From the NCBI GenBank assembly GCA_045837725.1, contig JBEWZL010000163.1:372001-436000 (forward strand): 64,000 nucleotides of DNA, read 5' to 3'. The notes under the pieces were generated by a model. That model was not told the DNA's origin and did no database searches. It saw only the letters and a program-made list of their open reading frames with translations. Every line of letters begins with the position of its first letter. The first letter of the stretch is position 1. Position numbers and translations under genes: made by a program. Shown one piece after another: positions 50,990 to 63,509 of the stretch. Source of the DNA: Vermamoeba vermiformis. Its lineage: Eukaryota.

Positions 50990-52709
50990 TTAGAATAACA
51001 GAACAATAAACGCCAAGGCGGCAGCAATTGATTTTGTAGCAGCGATCGAGGTAGCTGGTTTCGCACCTGGTGCAGTTGTAGGTGCTTGAGTCGATGGACC
51101 ATTGGACGCGGCAGGTGCTCTTGGTGTTACGGGTTGTGCGAAGGGGCCGTTAGGATTGTAATCTGCTTCGCTGACGAGCAGATGCCAAGGCACTTGAGCA
51201 ACAAAAGCGAAAAGTCGATCTGTATTCAAGTTTGCAGTCCAAAAGATGTAATCGCCCGTTGGATCCAACACTGCCTTAGGAGCGTCGTTATAGAAAGAAG
51301 AAGCCGTTTCGTCGGGAATGTTGCTCATGATTGGGGCCACGATCAAAGTGTCGAAAGATCCGTCAGGTCTGAAGCACATCAGCTCTCGATCATGCGAGTA
51401 GCCTGTTGAACTCTTGCCATAGGAGCCACAAACGAATTGCTTATCGTAAGGCACTTGAGCTGGATCTTTCGCATTGACCCAAGAATAATGGTCAGGTCCA
51501 CCGTAGTTGTTTGGGTAAGCTAATTAGAATACCATAATTAATTATCTTCATCAATTACTGTCAAAATTTTGTCGCTTACGCTCAGATCTGAACGCGTAGG
51601 TGAAGTTCTGCCAATAGTTCTCCGCTCCTCGTTCAATCGATGGAGGAATGTCGTATCTAAAGCCAGTCATGGCGTAAGGATCACCACCACCGCTTTGACC
51701 ACACACGCTGTAATATCCGTTATCTGAGTGTCCATAAGCACCGTTGGCAATTTTGAAAGTGCCGACGGCTCCGGTGTCCAGATCGATGTGGATATTCAAT
51801 CGTTTGCCGTTTTCGTCCTGTCCCTTGATAATCAGGTATCGACCTGACTTGTCGATTTGGCATTCATCCATATTATAGGCATCTAACAATACGTATTAAA
51901 AAATGTAGCTACGAATCTGATCAATTAATTCTTACACTCTTCAAATACGCGCATAGTATTATTTCTTTCAAAATAAACTCCGCAAGCAATATCAGCATAG
52001 GTACCAGCTTGCTTCAACGTGAAGGAATGAACGAGTCCGTCGACGGATGAGTGCATCTGCCATAACACAGTGTTGGGTACAAAGGTCGTGGAATCAAAAA
52101 CAACCTCGGTTCTGTTCGGGAAAAGAAATTGTCTGTACATTACGCTTCCGCCAAAGCTATTTCTAAATTAGTACAAAAAACCCCGATGCTGCTGAAATCT
52201 TACTAGTAAAATGCGTTCCAAATGGAGAGTGACCAATACATCAATCCAGCATTATAGTAACGAGCAAGTCCATCCAAAGGAAATAATGATCCTAAACGCT
52301 TAACTGGATACAATAATTAGAAATTAATTTCATATTGTTTATAAATTAATTAATTACCTTCGTCTGTCACCTTATTAATCGAGTACAACTGGGTATTAAC
52401 ATCGGTGCCCGTCTCGCCGATAATGAGATACATGGTATCATTGCCTTTATGGTAGTTGATCTTGGGCCAGTAGGAATAACCGTTTGTTTCAGTTTGTGGA
52501 TCCGTTGACACAGTTATACGGTATCCCTTCGTATTGTACGGATCAGGGAACGTAAATACACCAGGAGTAGATGGGACGAAGCTCGAAAAATCAGGGATGG
52601 CTCGTTGGGCGGGGAAGTATGACTTCTCGACGAAACCTCCGGGCGCCTGAGCGTAGACGCAAGCTAAAAATATAGCAATGCAAGTAAATATTGTTGTGCT
52701 CTTCATCAT
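50990..52709 (-). CDS. Secreted beta-propeller (TolB/WD40-like, bacterial-like) protein with a P/A/T stalk and GPI-type tail
   Basis: Signal peptide; YSYWP, DECQIDKSGRYLII, GHSDNG, PKAVLDPTGDYIFWTAN; C-terminal SIAAALAFIVLLF*. Confidence 0.75.
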
Positions 52710-53081
52710 AATAATAAATTGAATTAGGAACTCAATTTCGTTAAGTAAGAAATATTTTTCGATTACTAAAACTGGTTAACACCGCCAGAACGGAAAATTG
52801 TCAGAAGAACGCGCGGTAATTTTAGCGAAACAAAACTTACGCAGATAAAGGGATTATTTCTGAAGAGAGAGGTTAATTACAGAAAATTGCGGGAACATAC
52901 ATATTGCCAAACTTACTTGCCAGAGTACGGTTCTACAGGATCCAGTGGCTGCTTCCGAACTTAATCATTGATGAAGTGCTTGTCGATAGAGCGACCGATA
53001 CCTACTGCTGCGAACCCCACAGCGAGTGGATTATTTAACTTCGCATTTATTTATATTCCGCTATCTCGCTTATTTACATAT

Positions 53082-54954
53082 TTACAAAGCATTGGTATTG
53101 TTATTTGTCGACAGGTCGAATAATTCTTCGAGCTCATCGACGGGATCGGAGGCTTCGGAAGAGGGGATCAGATGTGGTTGGTTGGTGGGTTCGGGATCTT
53201 GGTTATTTGGGTTAATGTTGTTGAAATTGACTAATACTGGCATATAAGTTGCTATAGGCACGTTATTAGTGCCAGTATTAGCCGATTTGACGGGTACGAG
53301 TTGGATGTACACCATTTGTAACGAAGAGTTTTCAGGATTCGTAAGCAGGTTGGTGGGGAATGTGGTGCTCGAGGAGATCGTCGCTTTTTTTCTCGCCGAG
53401 GGAGGAGGGAGGGCTGCTTAAAGGCAATTCACTAAGTTTCTTAGTATGCCAAGATTGGTTGCGGTGGATGCCGAGTTGCGCGGTCAAGATCTTTCTTGTA
53501 GTGGCCGTAGTGGTCGTTGTAGTGAAGCTAGGTGCGGTACTATTGCCAAATCCAGATGCAGGAGCACTAAGAGTCATAGAGCTGAATCCCGTGAAGGTAG
53601 TTTGACCCGACATCTGCCCGAGTTGCGCATTCGGGTGTACGACGGGCGATGCCAGCAAGGTCAAGCTGTAGCTAGCATCAGCTGGACTAGGTGAGTGCCC
53701 GAAAGGAGACATTGTGGTTGCGTTGTTGATAGTAAAGGAGCCAGAGGTAGCGGTCGGGAACAAGTTAGCTGGATGCATCGGTGAAGTAGAGTGCATTGGC
53801 GAGGTAGCGCCCGTCGAGGGTGGAGTGGATGTAGGAGAACCACCACTCGTCGTAGATGTAGTTAAGAGCTCGTCATCGACTTCATAAACTTGAAGCAGAT
53901 CAACTTTGGTGATCGAGTTGTCTTCTATTGCTGCTCGCACAATGGGCTTATAATACCAGCTAACTTTGCCGATATAGACTGGCGGTCGAGTTCTATAATT
54001 AGAGAAAGATTAGACATGCAAGCTCTCGAAAAACTTTTCACAAGGTACATCTGGCAATGTATTTGCCGATAGGGGTTGGTATTAGCCGAAGGTATAATGA
54101 TATTATTATCGACCGCCTTAAAGTCTCGCGATTACAGCGATGGCGCCGTTCTGTTTCATAATTTTTGCAGAAATTTCAACAAAAATCGGTAATTTATGAG
54201 CATTTGCGGTTGGAATTTCTAATTTTTTCAAAAAACCTCTCATCTCCGACCAAAATGTATGAACACTATAATAAATATGCTCAAAATTCGAAAAAAAATG
54301 AAAGAAAAGCAATTCTGTCGGTACGATAATATTTTAAGTCATTTTTTTACCGCCCTATTCTCTTTATATTCAATTTCCGAGGTTGAATTGAATGAAAATT
54401 CACAACTTACCCATAAACCGCTTGCACTACTATATCAAAATCATCGGGAGCTCGTTTCTTCACTACGAATAATTGAATCTGAACGTTGTTTTCGCCAAGT
54501 TGCTTGATCTCCATCAGATGCTGTCGAGTTTCGGGTTGATCATTTTCTACGAGGACTAGTTTAAGCGGCTTATATGATTTTCTCTTTTCACTCTTGGAAT
54601 GATGATGCTGATATTGCGGTACTTTGTTGCAGTTATGATTCTTCTTCACCATTCCACACTTGCCGCATCGATAATCGCGTCTCTTGCGTGGTTTATGATG
54701 CTTGATTATAGTTGGTAGCTCTTCTAACACTGGCGAAGTCTTCAAGGCTTCGAGAGCGTTGGACACTAGCGAGGACTTTGACTCCGAATCTATGAGCAAA
54801 GCCTTCGCTAAGCGTTCCTTATCCCAAACGTTGTTATCTCCCATCAGGGTGTTATTATTATTGTCTAAATATAGCGAGGCAATGGTTAATATAGTGGAGC
54901 TCGGAGGTCTATCCTTTCGACTTAGTTAAAAAAAAGTAGTGAAAACTTACCCAT
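53082..54954 (-). CDS. Putative transcription factor with a basic CxxC-x6-HxC zinc knuckle and S/T/P-rich region; exon structure uncertain, possible frameshift
   Basis: ATG G|gtaag at 54954; KPRKRRDYRCGKCGMVKKNHNC; S/T-rich ORF 53332-53940; a further acidic-ended ORF 53082-53315 in the +1 frame. Confidence 0.6.
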
Positions 54955-55957
54955 TGTTTTGTGTCAACCCGACGGCGGATCGTGAACGAATATGACTTTT
55001 ACAATAAATTAGAATTTTCAACCTAATCCAAACGCGAAATTGAACAAAATTCAAAGGAAATTGGATGCACTTTTGTTTCATTGGTCCGTCAATCGAAATT
55101 TCATCGAAAGCACTCCGCGTTCGCATGCCTCGTTTGTTTGGCCTGCACTTTGATGGAGCGCCATGAAGCTTTTCGGTAATTTTTCGGCAAAATATGAGAT
55201 GTTCTTTTGTGTTACTGTCAGATGTACTTTGCGGTAGCTGCCCGATCCCCTTAGATTACACCATTTCCTCATTTCTCAATATCCCTAATATCCGAGACAT
55301 AGTTGTGTATCCTCATTTTAGCAAGATCGCGTATTATAAGCAATACAAACCGAGATCTGGCCCTTTCGAACTTAAAAGTTAATTAAAATATTGGATCCCA
55401 TAATCTGCGCCAAAAATAACAAATAATTTTTGAATTTTAAAAATAAGTTCAATTTTCCAACTCGCCTAACCTACGTTGGACTTACATCTGTAACTAAAGC
55501 CTTCACCGCTCAACCAGTTCTTTGCGCATCCGTAAATCGTTCTTCATCGCACCATTGGATAGAGTACCTATCAAGTGTGAATGCGTTCACTTACGTGGTA
55601 CCAGACTGACCACTGAAATTGTTGTCAAATGTTTTTTTTGGGGGGTTCACGTGCGGTTTCTTATATACGCCCTGGCAGGGAATCTAACGCGCGAACTTTC
55701 ATCAGCGTATCAATTTTCATACTCAAGGACCAATTGAATAGCATCGTACTGATAAGAGTTGATTATGGGGCAAACAAGTCTCGTGTAACGAATCAAAACG
55801 TAGGATCACGCTCCGCGAAATTTAGTAATATGTTAATACTTATGTGTTAAATATGGATATTGGGTATCTATGATGCTATATTTACCAAATTTGAATGGCT
55901 GATCTTGGATCCAGTATCTTCAATCACGGCACTCCCGACCAACTCGTCAGGAACTGT

Positions 55958-56794
55958 TTATTTCAGGACCAACTGGTAAAAAACAACGCTCTGCCACTTA
56001 TCAAACTTAAAGCCAACTTCATCAAATTTGCCTTCATTCGCAAGAAATTAATACTAATTTTCAACGGTAACGAATTTTCAGTATATTTAGAGAGATTCGC
56101 AACTGATGATTAATGCTATATTTGGTATACAATATATTGTTTTGGTACGTACCAGCAAAAGTAAAGCCAAATTTCTCCATTAACTTGACGCTAGCCTCGT
56201 TGCCATAGGTGATACCGCCAACTACAACATGAACTCCCAGTTGTCTTGCACGAGCCAGAATTTCAGTCATCATAAGCGTGCCAACACCTATTATTGCAAG
56301 GTGAATACAAAATACGCTTCGCGTAATTACTTTTGGTGAGAACTCGGGGGTAAATGTGAACGGCGGATGCCGGGTCGGACTTTATCCAAAATGCTTACCT
56401 CGACGTCTGTAGTCTTTGTGAATATAAATTGATAGTTCTACAGTCCTGTCATAAGCCGGTTTTTGTCTAAACTGACTCAGACTGCAGTATCCAGCAACTT
56501 TGCCTAAACATTTTAAAAATATTAAATACACGGTCAAAATAATATTAATTAATTATAATAATATTTAGATGTCTTTTATCAATAAACTAACTATTCCTTA
56601 CTGTTTTCGGGATCAATAGCTACAATTAAGGGATGGTATCCTTTGCCATAATGCGAGAACCACTCCTTGCGTTGTTCTAAAGTCGAAGGAACTAAATCAA
56701 ATGTAACAACAGTGTTTATAACTTCGTGGTTATAGATATCTAAGATCTCAGGGAGATCTTCAATAATTGCGTCTCGGATACGGAGCTCGGTCAT
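55958..56794 (-). CDS. GNAT N-acetyltransferase, phosphinothricin/methionine-sulfoximine acetyltransferase (Pat/YncA)-like, 4 exons
   Basis: [20 protein letters not shown]...[47 protein letters not shown]. Confidence 0.9.
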
Positions 56795-57036
56795 TGTGAT
56801 TCGAGGCGTTGCGTACTAGGTACCAAGTGCTAATAATTGAATAAAAATCCACCGAGCCAAAAAACCGAAAACTGGCGGTCAAAAAGTTGATCTGCTAAAA
56901 AGGCAAGAAATTTGAATGTGTACTCGAGGCAGTTGGCACTATGTTAATTGAAAATCAATACACTTTAGTGAAAACGCAACGTCATACAAAAATTTTATTG
57001 CATCCGATTGCACACCAGCAAGATCTCAGTATGACG

Positions 57037-58798
57037 TTATTTCGTTTCTTTAAGAGTCAAGTAAGTTTCGCCGTCTTCTTTGGAAGAGTTAGCCACCTTT
57101 TTAACGGCAGCAGTAAACTGGTCCTTGTTTTTAGACAACGCGGTTTTGAACTTTTTGACCAATTCGAGCAAGGGGATCTTGCCACGAACCAATAAATACT
57201 GACGCATCTCATCTTCGAGCTCTTTGTCAGCGGATGACGACGTCTTGGCCTATTTTGAATTAACATGTTTAGTATTGATTTTGGAACCGTTTGGTTTGCA
57301 TGTTTTACGTGCCTTCTTGTTGGATGTGGGTGACTCGTCTTCGTGTTTTCTCTTTTTAGAAGATGCCGCAGGTGTGGACGCTTCGAAATATTAATAACCA
57401 TCATAATAAAATATCAATGGAATGCAAGCTTACCTTGTTCTCCTTTTTCTGGTAGGTTGTCAGAGGATGGTTCAGATTTGACCTTGGCGGGAGTTTTGTC
57501 TGTTTTGTCTTCCTTTTTAGCAGGCTTGCTTTTACTTTTGTCCTTGCTATCTTCGCTCTTTTCAAAGCTTTCATCAGACGATTCATCGTCGTCCTAAGAT
57601 CAAGATCTGAGTTCAGCGCCGTTACACGAGCTTATTAACTGTACTTACACTTTCAAATAAGGTATTGTCCAATGTTCTAACCAATTTCTTTAATTCTTTG
57701 CCAGCGTCAGTCAATTCAAATTGATTTTGCTCCTGTTCTTCTTCTTTAATCGCAACAATGTCCTCCTTTTGATCGTCATCAAATCGGGTATTAAAATCGA
57801 ATTCTTCTCCTTTTTCTTCTGCATCACGTTCTAACTCGCGGTCGTTATCTTCATCTTCAACAATACTGCAAACAAAGAATTAAAAAATTGTCGTAGTAGC
57901 GCGCAACCGGATGAGTTCAACGTACTCGCCGAAGGCATGAAATTTATCAAAATCGACGTTCTTATTATCACCGTCTTCGTTCTTTTCTTTCTTTACACGA
58001 GCTGCTTTAGGTGCAGGCGAGTCGGCATCTTCTTTCTTCCTTATTTCAGCGAGCTACGAAAAATCGTCAACAATTCCGCCGTAGAAATAATTATCAGGAT
58101 TATATCGTGCTAATATCATTTTTATCATATGCAATAGAGTCGTAAGTACCTTTTCTTCTGCCTCTTCGAGTGTCATTTGTTGCAAATGAGGATTGAACGG
58201 GTAAAACTTGTACCAGTCCTCTATGGGAATTACTGAAAAAAAATCGCCCTAAATAAATTAATTAATTCTTCACTGCGCTAAAATAACAATTATTAGTCTT
58301 ACTTCTTTTACGAAGATAAAATATCGTGGTCTATCCACATTAGCCAATTGGCGAGCATTTTCTGTAACGACAGGTGCGTTTTGTTTAAATCCACCTTCTA
58401 ATTGTCCTTTAAGCAATACACTCTTATTGTCATCTTCCAAGATCCATGGCTTTAATCGAGTAATCCTTTCTTTTTTCTAGATTCAAGAAAATATTTTTAA
58501 ATAAATTGCAAACGCTTGCACAAAATAGTACAAATAATGTATATGCATAATAGGTATAAATAGAGCCAGGAGAAAAATTGTAGAAACATTTTGCAGATGT
58601 TTTTGGTTTTACCTTTTCGCTCATATTCTCTGTTTTAACTGCATTTTCAGACCCTTCGCGGTACATTTTAACAGGTTGTGGTAAGGTGGTGAAATCAATA
58701 GGCTTTTGCGCATGGATGCGAGCGACATTGTATGTTTTCTTCGGATTGTGACCAGATTTCAATGCATATTCATAATTTGTTCCATTATTCGCGGCCAT
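57037..58798 (-). CDS. GTF2F1: Transcription initiation factor IIF large subunit (RAP74)
   Basis: PWILEDD...GQLEGG, YFIF, VIPIEDWYKF, MTLEEAEEK, an acidic middle with FDDD, and a C-terminal winged-helix-like EMRQYLL...LVKKFK. Confidence 0.85.
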
Positions 58799-58959
58799 TG
58801 TTGTCTTTATTTACAAAATTATACACTAATAACATTTTGGTGTTCGCACGAATGTTTGTCGAATTTTTTTCGTCTTCTCTTGCGAAAGAATACAAGCGTG
58901 ACTTAACTCAAAAAACCACGACTTAATTGCAAAGCCAGTACGCGGCCTTTCGTGACTTC

Positions 58960-59647
58960 TTATGATACTCCATCAGGTAGATCACCAGCGCACAATAACT
59001 TGGCGTATTCTGCGTCTGTAACTTCTTTGACGACAACTTTTCCGATCAGATCTCCAACAATCGTTGCTAACTGATGCTTGCACTGATAGGCATTAGATGT
59101 ATATAGCGGCATCTGTATCGCTGTTTACTTACATATAACTCGTCGCGCTTTACTAAAACGTTGAAACTGAAGTCTGAACACGAACAATAATGTTTGAGGC
59201 ATAAATGCAATTCTGGATTATTCTTCGTGCCTAATAATATGCTCGTTACTATACTTATCCTTTCTTATAATGAGCGATTGAACGTTATCTAAGACGAGCA
59301 GGATCGGGCGTCAAAGTACGTACCTCCTTCGACTTGGTAAAACCTTCGACCGCTTGGCTTAGCAATGAAGCACGTGCAAGTCTTTCTGTCTATAATATTT
59401 AACGCTGTGATTGCCTTTTGACCAAAGAGAAAGTTCAACCTGATGAAATTAAAAAATTAATTCGAATAAAATTGCGATGAAAATAGGAGAGACTTACTGT
59501 AGCAGGTTGTCGTTACTAAGCGCTAATATATAATAGAAAAAATATTAAAAATTATTTTGAAAAAGCTCGTGGTCAGTAGAAATTACTTTTCGTTTCCTTG
59601 ATCTCTCTGAATAGGGCTTCAGCCGCTAGCATGATGTCTTGCGCCAT
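58960..59647 (-). CDS. ZSWIM7: SWIM zinc-finger protein ZSWIM7/SWS1 (Shu complex)
   Basis: LNFLFG...ALNIID...PSGRRFYQVEG, CLKHYCSCSDF...LY|CKHQLA (CxC...CxH). Missed by the ORF track because of short exons. Confidence 0.85.
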
Positions 59648-59764
59648 TTATGTTGATTGAATTTATAATGTATTACGCAACGTTCAGTTAGATTACTGTG
59701 TTCGCCGTTGGCTTGGTTGCGCTAATCTGACATAAATTCCGTTTGACAAACACATCAACACACA

Positions 59765-60261
59765 ATGTCAGAAAATCAAAATAACCCGCCCAACCCCGAA
59801 CAAAATAATGACGCTAATATTCTCAAACAAGAAGAGGAGTTTGCCAGAATGGTAAACGATTATTCGCAAAATTCTACTAGCAACGAAATTGATTGATAAT
59901 TTTTATTATTTATAGGTGCAAATGCTCGTTATGAATTTGGTACGAACAATAAATACCCACAAATGATCAAATTTTTAAAATTAATTGGTCAAATCTAGCA
60001 AACCCAAGTTGAAACGATGTGCAACAGCGTCTTAGAACGAAATATCCTTTTGACCAAAGCCACTAGCATATTTTGACATCGCATATATTCTTTATTCCTT
60101 AACCATTATTGATTTTACTGGACGAAATGGCTGATCGTGTCGGAGATCTTGAAAAAAGCATTGGCGTGCTCGTCGATCAAGCAGGCATTGACAAGGCAAA
60201 ATTCGCTGAAGAAATTAGCAAAGAACGATTAAAGGGTAGTAACCCCGAAAAAAAGAATTAG
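59765..60261 (+). CDS. HSBP1: Heat shock factor-binding protein 1-like coiled-coil protein, 4 exons
   Basis: VQMLVMNL|QTQVETMCNSVLERM-DEMADRVGDLEKSIGVLVDQAGI matches the HSBP1 pattern ([33 protein letters not shown]). Confidence 0.85.
60042..60118 (+). other. U12-type AT-AC intron in HSBP1
   Basis: 5' ATATCCTTT, perfect branch site TTCCTTAAC at 60095-60103, 3' AC 15 nt later. Restores ERMDEM. Confidence 0.95.
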
Positions 60262-60426
60262 CGCGTTGTATGATAGACACCAGATGTACAGTCAAAAAAA
60301 AAAGTAAAAGCTGCTAAGATTTTATTTTACATGAGTGGCACTAACCAAAAATAATAAATAGTGAGTATATATTCTCCTACAAGGCTATCAACTTTGCGCC
60401 AACGAGCATAAAGACCAGATTCCAAA

Positions 60427-62771
60427 CTACTTGTCCTCTTTCTTCTTCTTTTCCTTTTCTTTATGCTCCTTTTGTTCGTCATCGCGATCCTTATCTTTTT
60501 CCTTGTCTTTGTCTTTGTCCTTGTCTTTGTCCTTATCCTTATCCTTCTCGCGATGAGACTTCTTTCCTTCTTTGTACAACGGTTCTCGATGCGAGTTTGA
60601 AATCTCCTTTTTCGAGGGCGTGAGTGACTCGCCTAAGATTTTACTTGCTTTGCGCGCTGACCGTGTTCCGCCATCGCCTGGGATAATAATAATAAGTACA
60701 TATAACCAGTGTATGTGGTCTGGTTGACGGTACTTACTGGCACTCATGACACGTGGAGAAACATCGAGTGTTCGATCCGGAAGCAACAACAGTAACTCTC
60801 TCTTAACAACAGGCTCATCCCCGGCTACATTCTCAGACTGTTCCGTCATAATGGTGTTTGAATTGCTGCTGTTAGCCATGCTGTCGGTAGAACTGTTTGT
60901 GTTGGACTTTGAATCGGTCCCGTGTTCAATGACAACATCTAACATGATATTAGTACTTATAATGATAGTGTAGGTGCCGGGTACATACGACATCCGAAGT
61001 GTTTGCTCAATTTGTATCCCTTCACGTGAGCCGGTTGTGGTGCGAACTGCTTTGCGTTCGGATCTAAAACTGGCTGTGACTCGCCGAAATAATTTCTTAG
61101 TTTGCGACTCTTCTTGATCTGTTGTTTAATTTGTTGCCTTTCCATAGCGCTACTGTCCTCCTCTTCTTGTCCCTCTTCCTCTTTTTCTTTTTGGATGTAC
61201 GTCGGTCGACCGAAAAACTTGTTCAATTTGGCAACGTCGACGTGCTCAGGCTGAAGCATTCTTGATACTCTTCGAGAGAGTCCGAAGGGCTCTGGTATTA
61301 CGAACATTTTGTCAATTTAAAATGCAACGTAATTGCCGAAATAAAGATTAATCTTATTAAACGAAGCTAAATTTAGCAATCGAAAATAAAATTAAAATGA
61401 TTCGCGTATCCATAACGGTAAAGTAAAGTATAAATAGAAGGTCATGATAAGTTATTGTACCTTGTAAGGACGAAGGTTGCGACACATTCAAGCTCTCGCC
61501 GAAAAACTTTCCTACGCGACGATTCTTCTGTGACTCGTTCATATATCGTACATCTTCATCGTCCATCGACCTCTGAATGCCTAAACACGTCAAATAATAT
61601 AAATCAGTTTATCGGCAATTTTTAGTTGAGCGCATCCGAGTTGTACCTTGCCGATGCTCAAGAGGAATTTCTTCGCCGAAGATCTTCTTCATCTTGTACT
61701 CCTTGACATGGCGTGGTTGAGGTGCCACAGATACGAACGATTCGAAGGCAATAGGCATACCAAAGAATTTATGCAGTTTCTCCGCACCTTGAATCCATAA
61801 TTAGTCATTTAAAATCGGGAGGAAAAAAAGTTCGGATAAATTGAATATTGTGTGGGATACTCTAGATTAACAAGGCAAAGTAAATAAAATTTAAGCTGAG
61901 TCCCGGATTTGTACAAATTCTGATGGATCGTGGAGACGTCTCCAGTCGATTTAATATTCATTAAGCCTTATAGTACGTACCTGCACCTTTATTGGCAGAG
62001 AAAGCATCGAAAAGAACTTTTCTTTCGAGCTCATCTTGCGAAATTGCGGTGCCAGTCGAATGGCTTCTTTGTCTCGTTGATAAAGTGCCTAATGAGATAG
62101 GACTAGAATCGTTGTATGATTCGGGTGCACTACTACTAAGACTATCCGATAATCGAATAATGTCTTGGGCGGTGGCAATTGGAATTGGGGTCTAGATCAA
62201 GAAAACAATTATTCATGAACAAAAAATTAATTAACTCAACTTGGTACTTACGGATTGCGTTAGTGATATGCCGCCACGATCCTCAAATAAATTTTCTTTT
62301 TGTGGCTCATCTTCTGAAGCAGAAGACTCTGAACGCGGTGAATCTACAGGATTCTGATCTTCAACTTTTAATTCCTCTTCTTCTTTTGGTAGCGGCTCTA
62401 CTTGAGCTGGACTTATTGCTGATTTTGCTAGCTCTGTAGCGTGTCGTCGAACTATATCTGCAGCCGCATACCGAAGCACAGGGACGCTCTTTAAGTTGTG
62501 ATCAGATTTAAAGGTTATTTCGGTGGTGATTTCTTTTAGTTAATAGCATTGATAAATTAATATGTCATATTTGCCATCAATACCGACCATTGAGTATTTT
62601 CATATACGCAGCCGTAATTTAAGAATTAATAATCAATTCCGGCATCCGTTTTAAAACGAATATTATTATATTTTCACGCCATTAGTGCGATTAAAAAACT
62701 AATAATGATTATCTATAATATTATGAATGAGATAATGAGCTTACGTGAGCTTTACTGAGATCTTCTGACAT
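60427..62771 (-). CDS. Disordered protein with repeated K-[LMV]-x-x-[FYIH]-F-G motifs and a KD-repeat C-terminus; start uncertain
   Basis: KLHKFFG, KMKKIFGE, RVGKFFGE, KLNKFFG, KLRNYFGE, KLSKHFG and KASKILGE across GT-AG exons. Confidence 0.7.
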
Positions 62772-63236
62772 CAAGGAGCTTTCGGTCCCCCCTTCAAGCA
62801 ATAAGTTCACAGCTATTAATAATAAATTAATATATTATTGCAATGTATTATAATCTCCGTTTGCCGCAGATGCACCGCTTGCACCAATGTAACGGACTTG
62901 CGTAATTCCGTTAGTAACTTACTTACTCTTCTATTACCAGGCAATAAGAGCCCAAATATGTCTGGCTGATGTGTTGGTGAATATTGATTCGGAAATTAAT
63001 AAATGATCACAACGATTCTGGGACAACCACCAAACGAGATTATATTGAAAATAATGACTACCTTTAGATACGCTTAAAACTATGAAATAATAATAAGAAA
63101 AACGTGACAAGCAGTATTCAAGTTGGATGGCTCTCATGAGCGTTCGAGCCAGGCTCGAAAAAGTCATTTCGCGCCAAAATCAGCGCCAACACAAATTTTC
63201 GACTTTTTGAATTTATTTTGTAATATTAAAAGCACC

Positions 63237-63509
63237 ATGGAAGAGAAACGCACTAAGTTCGCCGAGCAATTGCTTCGGTGGGCTACAGATGAAATGCAAT
63301 GGGCGCCTGAAACTAAATACGCCAATTCAGCGCCTCCCACAGTTGCAGATTTGAAAAAGCTTTATCGCGGAGAATCAGTCAACGCATTAACATTCTTAAT
63401 GTCACATATTAAATCCGAGAAGTACGTTCTGCTAAGATCTGCTTTGATCGATCAAGCCTAACTAATCTCTCAACAGGAATGTGAAGCTTATTAAGGGCAA
63501 TATTGAACT
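63237..63509 (+). CDS. HAUS5: 5' part of augmin/HAUS subunit 5 (continues past an AT-AC donor; remainder unresolved)
   Basis: LLRWATDEM...DLKKLYRG...FLMSHIKSEK|NVKLIKGNIEL resembles the HAUS5 N-terminus (WAVEEM...LRRLCLG...HVHSQRTVKKIRGNL). Followed by ATATCCTT at 63510. Confidence 0.75.

Noticed and set aside
53950-54140. Several in-frame TAA codons suggesting stop-codon reassignment
   Set aside because: Many conserved genes in the window end in TAA or TAG at the expected positions, so introns or frameshifts explain this region better.
55660-55690. CCTGGCAGGG resembling the U1 snRNA 5' region
   Set aside because: It lacks ATACTTAC, the loop I/II motifs and an Sm site.
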